A stretch of 64,000 bases of DNA from Nemertoderma westbladi (GCA_032718475.1 JAUCBJ010009120.1:1-64000), one strand, 5' to 3'. Counted from the first letter of the stretch, positions 47,901-62,900 are shown. A program made the numbers and translations. Notes: a model not told the origin generated them from the sequence alone.

Positions 47901-50900
47901 GAGTCATTGAGCTTCCTCGTGAGTTAGGTGAGTCAGTGAGCTTCCTCGCGAGTTAGGTGAGTCAATGAGTTTCCTCACGAGTTAGGTGAGTCCATGAGCT
48001 TCCTCACGAGTTAGGTGAGTCCATGAGGTTCCTCACGAGTTAGCTGAGTCCATAAGCTTCCTCACGAGTTAGGTGAGTCCACGAGCTTCCTCACGAGTTA
48101 GGTGAGTCCATGAGTTTCCTCACGAGTTAGGTGAGTCCATGAGTTTCCTCACAAGTTAGATGAGTCCATGAGCTTCCTCACGAGTTAGGTGAGTTCGTGA
48201 GCTTCCTCACTAGTTAGGTGAGTCCATGAGCTTCCTCACGAGTTAGGTGAGTCCATGAGCTTCCTCACGAGTTAGGTGAGTCCATGAGCTTTATCGCGAG
48301 TTAGGCGAGTCCATGAGCTTCCTCATGAGTTGGGTGAGTCAGTGAGCTTCCTCGTGAGTTAGGTGAGTCATGGATCTTCCTCGTGAGTTAGGTGAGTCCA
48401 TGAGCTTCCTCACGAGTTAGGTGAGTCCATGAGCTTCCTCACGAGTTAGGTGAGTCCATGAGTTCCCTCACAAGTTAGGTGAGTCAATGAGCTTCCTCAC
48501 GAGTTAGGTGAGTCCATGAGCTTCCTCACGAGTTAGGTGAGTCAATGAGCTTCCTCACGAGTTAGGTGAGTCCATGAGCTTCCTCACGAGTTAGGTGAGT
48601 CCATGAGGTTCCTCACGAGTTAGCTGAGTCCATAAGCTTCCTCACGAGTTAGGTGAGTCCACGAGCTTCCTCACGAGTTAGGTGAGTCAATGAGCTTCAT
48701 CATGAATTAGGTGAGACCATGAGCTTCCTCACGAGTTGGGTGAGTCCATGAGCGTCTTCACGAGTTAGGTGAGTCCATGAGCTTCCTCACGAGTTAGGTG
48801 AGTTATTGAGTTTCCTCGTGAGTTAGGTGAGTCATTGAGTTTCCTCACGCGTTAGGTGAGTCATTGAGCTTCCTCGTGAGTTAGGTGAGTCCATGAGCTT
48901 CCTCACGAGTTAGGTGAGTCCATGAGGTTCCTCACGAGTTAGCTGAGTCCATAAGCTTCCTCACGAGTTAGGTGAGTCATTGAGCTTCCTCGTGAGTTAG
49001 GTGAGTCAGTGAGCTTCCTCGCGAGTTAGGTGAGTCAATGAGCTTCCTCACGAATTAGGTGAGTCCATGAGCTTCCTCACGAGTTAGGTGAGTCCATGAG
49101 GTTCCTCACGAGTTAGCTGAGTCCATAAGCTTCCTCACGAGTTAGGTGAGTCCACGAGCTTCCTCACGAGTTAGGTGAGTCTATGAGTTTCCTCACGAGT
49201 TAGGTGAGTCCATGAGTTTCCTCACAAGTTAGATGAGTCCATGAGCTTCCTCACGAGTTAGGTGAGTTCGTGAGCTTCCTCACTAGTTAGGTGAGTCCAT
49301 GAGCTTCCTCACGAGTTAGGTGAGTCCATGAGCTTCCTCACGAGTTAGGTGAGTCCATGAGCTTTATCGCGAGTTAGGCGAGTCCATGAGCTTCCTCATG
49401 AGTTGGGTGAGTCAGTGAGCTTCCTCGTGAGTTAGGTGAGTCATGGATCTTCCTCGTGAGTTAGGTGAGTCCATGAGCTTCCTCACGAGTTAGGTGAGTC
49501 CATGAGCTTCCTCACGAGTTAGGTGAGTCCATGAGTTCCCTCACAAGTTAGGTGAGTCAATGAGCTTCCTCACGAGTTAGGTGAGTCCATGAGCTTCCTC
49601 ACGAGTTAGGTGAGTCCATGAGGTTCCTCACGAGTTAGGTGAGTCCACGAGCTTCCTCACGAGTTAGGTGAGTCAATGAGCTTCATCATGAGTTAGGTGA
49701 GACCATGAGCTTCCTCACGAGTTGGGTGAGTCCATGAGCGTCTTCACGAGTTAGGTGAGTCCATGAGCTTCCTCACGAGTTAGGTGAGTTATTGAGTTTC
49801 CTCGTGAGTTAGGTGAGTCATTGAGCTTCCTCGTGAGTTAGGTGAGTCCATGAGCTTCATCATGAGTTAGGTGAGTCCATGAGCTTCCTCACGAGTTAGG
49901 TGAGTCATTGAGCTTCCTCGTGAGTTAGGTGAGTCAGTGAGCTTCCTCGCGAGTTAGGTGAGTCAATGATCTTCCTCACGAGTTAGGTGAGTCCATGAGC
50001 TTCCTCACGAGTTAGGTGAGTCCATGAGGTTCCTCACGAGTTAGCTGAGTCCATAAGCTTCCTCACGAGTTAGGTGAGTCCACGAGCTTCCTCACGAGTT
50101 AGGTGAGTCCATGAGTTTCCTCACGAGTTAGGTGAGTCCATGAGTTTCCTCACAAGTTAGATGAGTCCATGAGCTTCCTCACGAGTTAGGTGAGTTTGTG
50201 AGCTTCCTCACTAGTTAGGTGAGTCCATGAGCTTCCTCACGAGTTAGGTGAGTCCATGAGCTTCCTCACGAGTTAGGTGAGTCCATGAGCTTTATCGCGA
50301 GTTAGGCGAGTCCATGAGCTTCCTCATGAGTTGGGTGAGTCAGTGAGCTTCCTCGTGAGTTAGGTGAGTCATGGATCTTCCTCGTGAGTTAAGTGAGTCC
50401 ATGAGCTTCCTCACGAGTTAGGTGAGTCCATGAGCTTCCTCACGAGTTAGGTGAGTCCATGAGTTCCCTCACAAGTTAGGTGAGTCAATGAGCTTCCTCA
50501 CGAGTTAGGTGAGTCCATGAGCTTCCTCACGAGTTAGGTGAGTCCATGAGGTTCCTCACGAGTTAGGTGAGTCCACGAGCTTCCTCACGAGTTAGGTGAG
50601 TCAATGAGCTTCATCATGAGTTAGGTGAGACCATGAGCTTCCTCACGAGTTGGGTGAGTCCATGAGCGTCTTCACGAGTTAGGTGAGTCCATGAGCTTCC
50701 TCACGAGTTAGGTGAGTTATTGAGTTTCCTCGTGAGTTAGGTGAGTCATTGAGCTTCCTCGTGAGTTAGGTGAGTCCATGAGCTTCATCATGAGTTAGGT
50801 GAGTCCATGAGCTTCCTCACGAGTTAGGTGAGTCAGTGAGCTTCCTCACGAGTTAGGTGAGTCAATGAGCTTCCTCACGAGTTAGGTGAGTCAATGAGCT

Positions 50901-53900
50901 TCCTCACGAGTTAGGTGAGTCCATGAGCTTCCTCACGAGTTAGGTGAGTCCATGAGGTTCCTCACGAGTTAGCTGAGTCCATAAGCTTCCTCACGAGTTA
51001 GGTGAGTCCACGAGCTTCCTCACGAGTTAGGTGAGTCCATGAGTTTCCTCACGAGTTAGGTGAGTCCATGAGTTTCCTCACAAGTTAGGTGAGTCAATGA
51101 GCTTCCTCACGAGTTAGGTGAGTCCATGAGCTTCCTCACGAGTTAGGTGTGTCCACGAGCTTCCTCACGAGTTAGGTGAGTCCATGAGCTTCCCCACGAG
51201 TTAGGTGAGTCCATGAGTTCCCTCACAAGTTAGGTGAGTCAATGAGCTTCCTCACGAGTTAGGTGAGTCCATGAGCTTCCTCACGAGTTAGGTGAGTCCA
51301 TGAGTTCCCTCACAAGTTAGGTGAGTCAATGAGCTTCCTCACGAGTTAGGTGAGTCCATGAGCTTCCTCACGAGTTAGGTGAGTCCATGAGGTTCCTCAC
51401 GAGTTAGCTGAGTCCATAAGCTTCCTCACGAGTTAGGTGAGTCCACGAGCTTCCTCACGAGTTAGGTGAGTCAATGAGCTTCATCATGAGTTAGGTGAGA
51501 CCATGAGCTTCCTCACGAGTTGGGTGAGTCCATGAGCGTCTTCACGAGTTAGGTGAGTCCATGAGCTTCCTCACGAGTTAGGTGAGTTATTGAGTTTCCT
51601 CGTGAGTTAGGTGAGTCATTGAGTTTCCTCACGAGTTAGGTGAGTCCACGAGCTTCCTCACGAGTTAGGTGAGTCAATGAGCTTCATCATGAGTTAGGTG
51701 AGACCATGAGCTTCCTCACGAGTTGGGTGAGTCCATGAGCGTCTTCACGAGTTAGGTGAGTCCCTGAGCTTCCTCACGAGTTAGGTGAGTTATTGAGTTT
51801 CCTCGTGAGTTAGGTGAGTCCATGAGCTGCCTCACGAGTTAGGTAAGTCAATGAGCTTCATCATGAGTTAGGTGAGTCCATGAGCTTCCTTACGAGTTAG
51901 GTAAGTCAATGAGCTTCATCATGAGTTAGGTGAGTCAATGAGCTTCCTCACGAGTTAGGTGAGTCCATAAGCTTCCTTACGAGTTAGGTAAGTCAATGAG
52001 CTTCATCATGAGTTAGGTGAGTCAATGAGCTTCGTCACGAGTTAGGTGAGTCAATGAGCTTCCTCACGAGTTAGGTGACTCAATGAGCTTCCTCACGAGT
52101 TAGGTGAGTCCATGAGCTTCCTCACGAGTTAGGTGAGTTATTGAGTTTCCTCGTGAGTTAGGTAAGTCAATGAGCTTCATCATGAGTTAGGTGAGTCCAT
52201 GAGCTTCCTTACGAGTTAGGTAAGTCAATGAGTTTCATCATGAGTTAGTTGAGTCAATGAGCTTCCTCACGAGTTAGGTGAGCCAATGAGCTTCCTCACG
52301 AGTTAGGTGAGTCAATGAGCTTTCTCACGAGTTAGGTGAGTCAATGAGCTTCCTCACGATTTAGGTGAGTCCATGAGCATCTTTACGATGTAGGTGAGTC
52401 AATGACCTTCCTCACGTGTTAGGTGAGTCAATGAGCTTCGTCACGAGTTAGGTGAGTCAGTGAGCTTCATCATGAGTTAGGTGAGACCATGAGCTTCCTC
52501 ACGAGTTGGGTGAGTCCATGAGCGTCTTCACGAGTTAGGTGAGTCCATGAGCTTCCTCACGAGTTAGGTGAGTCCATGAGCTTCCTCGCGAGTTAGCTGA
52601 GTCAATGAGCTTCCTCACGAGTTAGGTGAGTCCATGAGCTTCCTCACGAAGGTGAGTCCATGAGGTTCCTCCGAGTTAGTTGAATCCATGAGCTTCCTCA
52701 TGAGTTAGGTGAGTCCATGAGCTTCCTCACGAGTTAGGTGAGTCAATGAGCTTCATCATGAGTTAGGTGAGACCATGAGCTTCCTCACGAGTTGGGTGAG
52801 TCCATGAGCGTCTTCACGAGTTAGGTGAGTCCATGAGCTTCCTCACGAGTTAGGTGAGTTATTGAGTTTCCTCGTGAGTTAGGTGAGTCATTGAGCTTCC
52901 TCGTGAGTTAGGTGAGTCCATGAGCTTCCTCACGAGTTAGGTGAGTCCATGAGCTTCCTCACGAGTTAGGTGAGTCCATGAGTTCCCTCACAAGTTAGGT
53001 GAGTCAATGAGCTTCCTCACGAGTTAGGTGAGTCCATGAGCTTCCTCACGAGTTAGGTGAGTCAGTGAGCTTCATCATGAGTTAGGTGAGACCATGAGCT
53101 TCCTCACGAGTTGGGTGAGTCCATGAGCGTCTTCACGAGTTAGGTGAGTCCATGAGCTTCCTCACGAGTTAGGTGAGTCCATGAGCTTCCTCGCGAGTTA
53201 GCTGAGTCAATGAGCTTCCTCACGAGTTAGGTGAGTCCATGAGCTTCCTCACGAAGGTGAGTCCATGAGGTTCCTCCGAGTTAGTTGAATCCATGAGCTT
53301 CCTCATGAGTTAGGTGAGTCCATGAGCTTCCTCACGAGTTAGGTGAGTCAATGAGCTTCATCATGAGTTAGGTGAGACCATGAGCTTCCTCACGAGTTGG
53401 GTGAGTCCATGAGCGTCTTCACGAGTTAGGTGAGTCCATGAGCTTCCTCACGAGTTAGGTGAGTTATTGAGTTTCCTCGTGAGTTAGGTGAGTCATTGAG
53501 CTTCCTCGTGAGTTAGGTGAGTCCATGAGCTTCCTCACGAGTTAGGTGAGTCCATGAGCTTCCTCACGAGTTAGGTGAGTCCATGAGTTCCCTCACAAGT
53601 TAGGTGAGTCAATGAGCTTCCTCACGAGTTAGGTGAGTCCATGAGCTTCCTCACGAGTTAGGTGAGTCCATGAGGTTCCTCACGAGTTAGGTGAGTCCAC
53701 GAGCTTCCTCACGAGTTAGGTGAGTCAATGAGCTTCATCATGAGTTAGGTGAGACCATGAGCTTCCTCACGAGTTGGGTGAGTCCATGAGCGTCTTCACG
53801 AGTTAGGTGAGTCCATGAGCTTCCTCACGAGTTAGGTGAGTTATTGAGTTTCCTCGTGAGTTAGGTGAGTCATTGAGCTTCCTCGTGAGTTAGGTGAGTC

Positions 53901-56900
53901 CATGAGCTTCATCATGAGTTAGGTGAGTCCATGAGCTTCCTCACGAGTTAGGTGAGTCATTGAGCTTCCTCGTGAGTTAGGTGAGTCAGTGAGCTTCCTC
54001 GCGAGTTAGGTGAGTCAATGAGCTTCCTCACGAGTTAGGTGAGTCCATGAGCTTCCTCACGAGTTAGGTGAGTCCATGAGGTTCCTCACGAGTTAGCTGA
54101 GTCCATAAGCTTCCTCACGAGTTAGGTGAGTCCACGAGCTTCCTCACGAGTTAGGTGAGTCCATGAGTTTCCTCACGAGTTAGGTGAGTCCATGAGTTTC
54201 CTCACAAGTTAGATGAGTCCATGAGCTTCCTCACGAGTTAGGTGAGTTCGTGAGCTTCCTCACTAGTTAGGTGAGTCCATGAGCTTCCTCACGAGTTAGG
54301 TGAGTCCATGAGCTTCCTCACGAGTTAGGTGAGTCCATGAGCTTTATCGCGAGTTAGGCGAGTCCATGAGCTTCCTCATGAGTTGGGTGAGTCAGTGAGC
54401 TTCCTCGTGAGTTAGGTGAGTCATGGATCTTCCTCGTGAGTTAGGTGAGTCCATGAGCTTCCTCACGAGTTAGGTGAGTCCATGAGCTTCCTCACGAGTT
54501 AGGTGAGTCCATGAGTTCCCTCACAAGTTAGGTGAGTCAATGAGCTTCCTCACGAGTTAGGTGAGTCCATGAGCTTCCTCACGAGTTAGGTGAGTCCATG
54601 AGGTTCCTCACGAGTTAGGTGAGTCCACGAGCTTCCTCACGAGTTAGGTGAGTCAATGAGCTTCATCATGAGTTAGGTGAGACCATGAGCTTCCTCACGA
54701 GTTGGGTGAGTCCATGAGCGTCTTCACGAGTTAGGTGAGTCCATGAGCTTCCTCACGAGTTAGGTGAGTTATTGAGTTTCCTCGTGAGTTAGGTGAGTCA
54801 TTGAGCTTCCTCGTGAGTTAGGTGAGTCCATGAGCTTCATCATGAGTTAGGTGAGTCCATGAGCTTCCTCACGAGTTAGGTGAGTCAGTGAGCTTCCTCA
54901 CGAGTTAGGTGAGTCAATGAGCTTCCTCACGAGTTAGGTGAGTCAATGAGCTTCCTCACGAGTTAGGTGAGTCCATGAGCTTCCTCACGAGTTAGGTGAG
55001 TCCATGAGGTTCCTCACGAGTTAGCTGAGTCCATAAGCTTCCTCACGAGTTAGGTGAGTCCACGAGCTTCCTCACGAGTTAGGTGAGTCCATGAGTTTCC
55101 TCACGAGTTAGGTGAGTCCATGAGGTTCCTCACGAGTTAGCTGAGTCCATAAGCTTCCTCACGAGTTAGGTGAGTCCACGAGCTTCCTCACGAGTTAGGT
55201 GAGTCAATGAGCTTCCTCACGATTTAGGTGAGTCCATGAGCATCTTTACGATGTAGGTGAGTCAATGACCTTCCTCACGTGTTAGGTGAGTCAATGAGCT
55301 TCCTCGCGAGTTAGTTGAATCCATGAGCTTCCTCATGAGTTAGGTGAGTCCATGAGCTTCCTCACGAGTTAGGTGAGTCCATGAGTTTCCTCACAGGTTA
55401 GGTGAGTCCATGAGCTTCCTCACGAGTTAGGTGTGTTCGTGAGCTTCCTCACTAGTTAGGTGAGTCAATGAGCTTCCTCACGAGTTAGGTGAGTTATTGA
55501 GTTTCCTCGTGAGTTAGGTGAGTCATTGAGCTTCCTCGTGAGTTAGGTGAGTCCATGAGCTTCCTCGCGAGTTAGTTGAGTCAATGAGCTTCCTCACGAG
55601 TTAGGTGAGTCTATGAGCTTCCTCACAAGTTAGGTGAGTTATTGAGTTTCCTCGTGAGTTAGGTGAGTCCATGAGCTTCCTCGCGAGTTAGGTGAGTCAA
55701 TAAGCTTCCTCACGAGTTAGGTGAGTCCATGAGCTTCCTCACGAGTTAGGTGAGTTATTGAGTTTCCTCGTGAGTTAGGTGAGTCATTGAGCTTCCTCGT
55801 GAGTTAGGTGAGACATTGAGCTTCCTCACGAGTTAGGTGAGTCCATGAGCTTCCTCGCGAGTTAGGTAAGTCCATGAGCTTCCTCACGAGTTAGGTGAGT
55901 CAATGAGCTTCCTCACGAGTTAGGTGATTTCATGAGCTTCCTCACGAGTTAGGTGAGTCCATGAGGTTCCTCACGAGTTAGGTGAGTCAATGAGCTTCAT
56001 CATGAATTAGGTGAGTCATTGAGCTTCCTCGTGAGTTAGGTGAGTCCACGAGCTTCCTCACGAGTTGGGTGAGTCAGTGAGCTTCATCATGAGTTAGGTG
56101 AGACCATGAGCTTCCTCACGAGTTGGGTGAGTCAATGAGCTTCATCATGAGTTAGGTGAGTCATTGAGCTTCCTCGTGAGTTAGGTGAGTCCACGAGCTT
56201 CCTCACGAGTTGGGTGAGTCAATGAGCTTCATCATGAGTTAGGTGAGACCATGAGCTTCCTCACGAGTTGGGTGAGTCCATGAGCGTCTTCACGAGTTAG
56301 GTGAGTCCATGGGCTTCCTCACGAGTTAGGTGAGTTATTGAGTTTCCTCGTGAGTTAGGTGAGTCATTGAGCTTCCTCGTGAGTTAGGTGAGTCCATGAG
56401 CTTCATCATGAGTTAGGTGAGTCCATGAGCTTCCTCACGAGTTAGGTGAGTCAGTGAGCTTCCTCACGAGTTAGGTGAGTCAATGAGCTTCCTCACGAGT
56501 TAGGTGAGTCAATGAGCTTCCTCACGAGTTAGGTGAGTCCATGAGCTTCCTCACGAGTTAGGTGAGTCCATGAGGTTCCTCACGAGTTAGCTGAGTCCAT
56601 AAGCTTCCTCACGAGTTAGGTGAGTCCACGAGCTTCCTCACGTGTTAGGTGAGTCCATGAGTTTCCTCACGAGTTAGGTGAGTCCATGAGTTTCCTCACA
56701 AGTTAGGTGAGTCAATGAGCTTCCTCACGAGTTAGGTGAGTCCATGAGCTTCCTCACGAGTTAGGTGTGTCCACGAGCTTCCTCACGAGTTAGGTGAGTC
56801 CATGAGCTTCCCCACGAGTTAGGTGAGTCCATGAGTTCCCTCACAAGTTAGGTGAGTCAATGAGCTTCCTCACGAGTTAGGTGAGTCCATGAGCTTCCTC

Positions 56901-59900
56901 ACGAGTTAGGTGAGTCCATGAGGTTCCTCACGAGTTAGCTGAGTCCATAAGCTTCCTCACGAGTTAGGTGAGTCCACGAGCTTCCTCACGAGTTAGGTGA
57001 GTCAATGAGCTTCATCATGAGTTAGGTGAGACCATGAGCTTCCTCACGAGTTGGGTGAGTCCATGAGCGTCTTCACGAGTTAGGTGAGTCCATGAGCTTC
57101 CTCACGAGTTAGGTGAGTTATTGAGTTTCCTCGTGAGTTAGGTGAGTCATTGAGTTTCCTCACGAGTTAGGTGAGTCATTGAGCTTCCTCGTGAGTTAGG
57201 TGAGTCCATGAGCTTCCTCACGAGTTAGGTGAGTCCATGAGGTTCCTCACGAGTTAGCTGAGTCCATAAGCTTCCTCACGAGTTAGGTGAGTCATTGAGC
57301 TTCCTCGTGAGTTAGGTGAGTCAGTGAGCTTCCTCGCGAGTTAGGTGAGTCAATGAGTTTCCTCACGAGTTAGGTGAGTCCATGAGCTTCCTCACGAGTT
57401 AGGTGAGTCCATGAGGTTCCTCACGAGTTAGCTGAGTCCATAAGCTTCCTCACGAGTTAGGTGAGTCCACGAGCTTCCTCACGAGTTAGGTGAGTCCATG
57501 AGTTTCCTCACGAGTTAGGTGAGTCCATGAGTTTCCTCACAAGTTAGATGAGTCCATGAGCTTCCTCACGAGTTAGGTGAGTTCGTGAGCTTCCTCACTA
57601 GTTAGGTGAGTCCATGAGCTTCCTCACGAGTTAGGTGAGTCCATGAGCTTCCTCACGAGTTAGGTGAGTCCATGAGCTTTATCGCGAGTTAGGCGAGTCC
57701 ATGAGCTTCCTCATGAGTTGGGTGAGTCAGTGAGCTTCCTCGTGAGTTAGGTGAGTCATGGATCTTCCTCGTGAGTTAGGTGAGTCCATGAGCTTCCTCA
57801 CGAGTTAGGTGAGTCCATGAGCTTCCTCACGAGTTAGGTGAGTCCATGAGTTCCCTCACAAGTTAGGTGAGTCAATGAGCTTCCTCACGAGTTAGGTGAG
57901 TCCATGAGCTTCCTCACGAGTTAGGTGAGTCAATGAGCTTCCTCACGAGTTAGGTGAGTCCATGAGCTTCCTCACGAGTTAGGTGAGTCCATGAGGTTCC
58001 TCACGAGTTAGCTGAGTCCATAAGCTTCCTCACGAGTTAGGTGAGTCCACGAGCTTCCTCACGAGTTAGGTGAGTCAATGAGCTTCATCATGAATTAGGT
58101 GAGACCATGAGCTTCCTCACGAGTTGGGTGAGTCCATGAGCGTCTTCACGAGTTAGGTGAGTCCATGAGCTTCCTCACGAGTTAGGTGAGTTATTGAGTT
58201 TCCTCGTGAGTTAGGTGAGTCATTGAGTTTCCTCACGCGTTAGGTGAGTCATTGAGCTTCCTCGTGAGTTAGGTGAGTCCATGAGCTTCCTCACGAGTTA
58301 GGTGAGTCCATGAGGTTCCTCACGAGTTAGCTGAGTCCATAAGCTTCCTCACGAGTTAGGTGAGTCATTGAGCTTCCTCGTGAGTTAGGTGAGTCAGTGA
58401 GCTTCCTCGCGAGTTAGGTGAGTCAATGAGCTTCCTCACGAATTAGGTGAGTCCATGAGCTTCCTCACGAGTTAGGTGAGTCCATGAGGTTCCTCACGAG
58501 TTAGCTGAGTCCATAAGCTTCCTCACGAGTTAGGTGAGTCCACGAGCTTCCTCACGAGTTAGGTGAGTCTATGAGTTTCCTCACGAGTTAGGTGAGTCCA
58601 TGAGTTTCCTCACAAGTTAGATGAGTCCATGAGCTTCCTCACGAGTTAGGTGAGTTCGTGAGCTTCCTCACTAGTTAGGTGAGTCCATGAGCTTCCTCAC
58701 GAGTTAGGTGAGTCCATGAGCTTCCTCACGAGTTAGGTGAGTCCATGAGCTTTATCGCGAGTTAGGCGAGTCCATGAGCTTCCTCATGAGTTGGGTGAGT
58801 CAGTGAGCTTCCTCGTGAGTTAGGTGAGTCATGGATCTTCCTCGTGAGTTAGGTGAGTCCATGAGCTTCCTCACGAGTTAGGTGAGTCCATGAGCTTCCT
58901 CACGAGTTAGGTGAGTCCATGAGTTCCCTCACAAGTTAGGTGAGTCAATGAGCTTCCTCACGAGTTAGGTGAGTCCATGAGCTTCCTCACGAGTTAGGTG
59001 AGTCCATGAGGTTCCTCACGAGTTAGGTGAGTCCACGAGCTTCCTCACGAGTTAGGTGAGTCAATGAGGTTCATCATGAGTTAGGTGAGACCATGAGCTT
59101 CCTCACGAGTTGGGTGAGTCCATGAGCGTCTTCACGAGTTAGGTGAGTCCATGAGCTTCCTCACGAGTTAGGTGAGTTATTGAGTTTCCTCGTGAGTTAG
59201 GTGAGTCATTGAGCTTCCTCGTGAGTTAGGTGAGTCCATGAGCTTCATCATGAGTTAGGTGAGTCCATGAGCTTCCTCACGAGTTAGGTGAGTCATTGAG
59301 CTTCCTCGTGAGTTAGGTGAGTCAGTGAGCTTCCTCGCGAGTTAGGTGAGTCAATGAGCTTCCTCACGAGTTAGGTGAGTCCATGAGCTTCCTCACGAGT
59401 TAGGTGAGTCCATGAGGTTCCTCACGAGTTAGCTGAGTCCATAAGCTTCCTCACGAGTTAGGTGAGTCCACGAGCTTCCTCACGAGTTAGGTGAGTCCAT
59501 GAGTTTCCTCACGAGTTAGGTGAGTCCATGAGTTTCCTCACAAGTTAGATGAGTCCATGAGCTTCCTCACGAGTTAGGTGAGTTCGTGAGCTTCCTCACT
59601 AGTTAGGTGAGTCCATGAGCTTCCTCACGAGTTAGGTGAGTCCATGAGCTTCCTCACGAGTTAGGTGAGTCCATGAGCTTTATCGCGAGTTAGGCGAGTC
59701 CATGAGCTTCCTTATGAGTTGGGTGAGTCAGTGAGCTTCCTCGTGAGTTAGGTGAGTCATGGATCTTCCTCGTGAGTTAGGTGAGTCCATGAGCTTCCTC
59801 ACGAGTTATGTGAGTCCATGAGCTTCCTCACGAGTTAGGTGAGTCCATGAGTTCCCTCACAAGTTAGGTGAGTCAATGAGCTTCCTCACGAGTTAGGTGA

Positions 59901-62900
59901 GTCCATGAGCTTCCTCACGAGTTAGGTGAGTCCATGAGGTTCCTCACGAGTTAGGTGAGTCCACGAGCTTCCTCACGAGTTAGGTGAGTCAATGAGCTTC
60001 ATCATGAGTTAGGTGAGACCATGAGCTTCCTCACGAGTTGGGTGAGTCCATGAGCGTCTTCACGAGTTAGGTGAGTCCATGAGCTTCCTCACGAGTTAGG
60101 TGAGTTATTGAGTTTCCTCGTGAGTTAGGTGAGTCATTGAGCTTCCTCGTGAGTTAGGTGAGTCCATGAGCTTCATCATGAGTTAGGTGAGTCCATGAGC
60201 TTCCTCACGAGTTAGGTGAGTCAGTGAGCTTCCTCACGAGTTAGGTGAGTCAATGAGCTTCCTCACGAGTTAGGTGAGTCAATGAGCTTCCTCACGAGTT
60301 AGGTGAGTCCATGAGCTTCCTCACGAGTTAGGTGAGTCCATGAGGTTCCTCACGAGTTAGCTGAGTCCATAAGCTTCCTCACGAGTTAGGTGAGTCCACG
60401 AGCTTCCTCACGAGTTAGGTGAGTCCATGAGTTTCCTCACGAGTTAGGTGAGTCCATGAGTTTCCTCACAAGTTAGGTGAGTCAATGAGCTTCCTCACGA
60501 GTTAGGTGAGTCCATGAGCTTCCTCACGAGTTAGGTGTGTCCACGAGCTTCCTCACGAGTTAGGTGAGTCCATGAGCTTCCCCACGAGTTAGGTGAGTCC
60601 ATGAGTTCCCTCACAAGTTAGGTGAGTCAATGAGCTTCCTCACGAGTTAGGTGAGTCCATGAGCTTCCTCACGAGTTAGGTGAGTCCATGAGTTCCCTCA
60701 CAAGTTAGGTGAGTCAATGAGCTTCCTCACGAGTTAGGTGAGTCCATGAGCTTCCTCACGAGTTAGGTGAGTCCATGAGGTTCCTCACGAGTTAGCTGAG
60801 TCCATAAGCTTCCTCACGAGTTAGGTGAGTCCACGAGCTTCCTCACGAGTTAGGTGAGTCAATGAGCNNNNNNNNNNNNNNNNNNNNNNNNNNNNNNNNN
60901 NNNNNNNNNNNNNNNNNNNNNNNNNNNNNNNNNNNNNNNNNNNNNNNNNNNNNNNNNNNNNNNNNNNCACGAGTTAGGTGAGCCAATGAGCTTCCTCACG
61001 AGTTAGGTAAGTCAATGAGCTTCATCATGAGATAGGTGAATCAATGAGCTTCCCCACGAGTTAGGTGAGCCAATGAGCTTCCTCACGAGTTAGGTGAGTC
61101 AATGAGCTTTCTCACGAGTTAGGTGAGTCAATGAGCTTCCTCACGATTTAGGTGAGTCCATGAGCATCTTTACGATGTAGGTGAGTCAATGACCTTCCTC
61201 ACGTGTTAGGTGAGTCAATGAGCTTCGTCACGAGTTAGGTGAGTCAGTGAGCTTCATCATGAGTTAGGTGAGACCATGAGCTTCCTCACGAGTTGGGTGA
61301 GTCCATGAGCGTCTTCACGAGTTAGGTGAGTCCATGAGCTTCCTCACGAGTTAGGTGAGTCCATGAGCTTCCTCGCGAGTTAGCTGAGTCAATGAGCTTC
61401 CTCACGAGTTAGGTGAGTCCATGAGCTTCCTCACGAAGGTGAGTCCATGAGGTTCCTCCGAGTTAGTTGAATCCATGAGCTTCCTCATGAGTTAGGTGAG
61501 TCCATGAGCTTCCTCACGAGTTAGGTGAGTCAATGAGCTTCATCATGAGTTAGGTGAGACCATGAGCTTCCTCACGAGTTGGGTGAGTCCATGAGCGTCT
61601 TCACGAGTTAGGTGAGTCCATGAGCTTCCTCACGAGTTAGGTGAGTTATTGAGTTTCCTCGTGAGTTAGGTGAGTCATTGAGCTTCCTCGTGAGTTAGGT
61701 GAGTCCATGAGCTTCCTCGCGAGTTGGGTGAGTCAGTGAGCTTCCTCACGAGATGGGTGAGTCAGTGAGCCTCCTCGCTAGTTAGGTGAGTCAATGAGCT
61801 TCCTCACGAGTTAGGTGAGTCCATGAGCTTCCTCACGAGTTAGGTGAGTCCATGAGGTTCCTCACGAGTTAGCTGAGTCCATAAGCTTCCTCACGAGTTA
61901 GGTGAGTCCACGAGCTTCCTCACGAGTTAGGTGAGTCCATGAGTTTCCTCACGAGTTAGGTGAGTCCATGAGTTTCCTCACAAGTTAGGAGAGTCCATGA
62001 GCTTCCTCACGAGTTAGGTGAGTTCGTGAGCTTCCTCACTAGTTAGGTGAGTCCATGAGCTTCCTCACCAGTTAGGTGAGTCCATGAGCTTCCTCACGAG
62101 TTAGGTGAGTCCATGAGCTTCCTCGCGAGTTAGGTGTGTCCATGAGCTTCCTCATGAGTTGGGTGAGTCAGTGAGCTTCCTCGTGAGTTAGGTGAGTCAT
62201 GGATCTTCCTCGTGAGTTAGGTGAGTCATTGAGTTTCCTCGCGGGTTGGGTGAGTCATTGAGTTTCCTCGCGGGTTAGGTGAGTCAGTGAGCTCCCTCGT
62301 GAGTTAGGTGAGTCAATAAGCTTCCTCACGAGTTAGGTGAGTCAGTGAACTTCCTCGTTAGTTAGGTGAGTCATGGATCTTCCTCACGAGTTGAGTGAGT
62401 CATTGAGTTTCCTCGCGGGTTGGGTGAGTCATTGAGTTTCCTCGCGGGTTGGGTGAGTCATTGAGTTTCCTCGCGGGTTGGGTGAGTCATTGAGTTTCCT
62501 CGCGGGTTGGGTGAGTCATTCAGTTTCCTCGCGGGTTGGGTGAGTCAGTGAGCTTCATCGTGAGTTAGGTGAGTCAGTGAGCTTCCTCACGAGTTAGGTG
62601 AGTCATTGAGTTTCCTCGCGGGTTGGGTGAGTCATTGAGTTTCCTCGCGGGTTGGGTGAGTCATTGAGTTTCCTCGCGGGTTGGGTGAGTCATTGAGTTT
62701 ACTCGCGGGTTGGGTGAGTCATTGAGTTTCCTCGCGGGTTGGGTGAGTCATTGAGTTTCCTCGCGGGTTGGGTGAGTCATTGAGTTTACTCGCGGGTTGG
62801 GTGAGTCATTGAGTTTCCTCGCGGGTTGGGTGAGTCATTGAGTTTCCTCGCGGGTTAGGTGAGTCAGTGAGCTCCCTCGTGAGTTAGGTGAGTCATTGAG

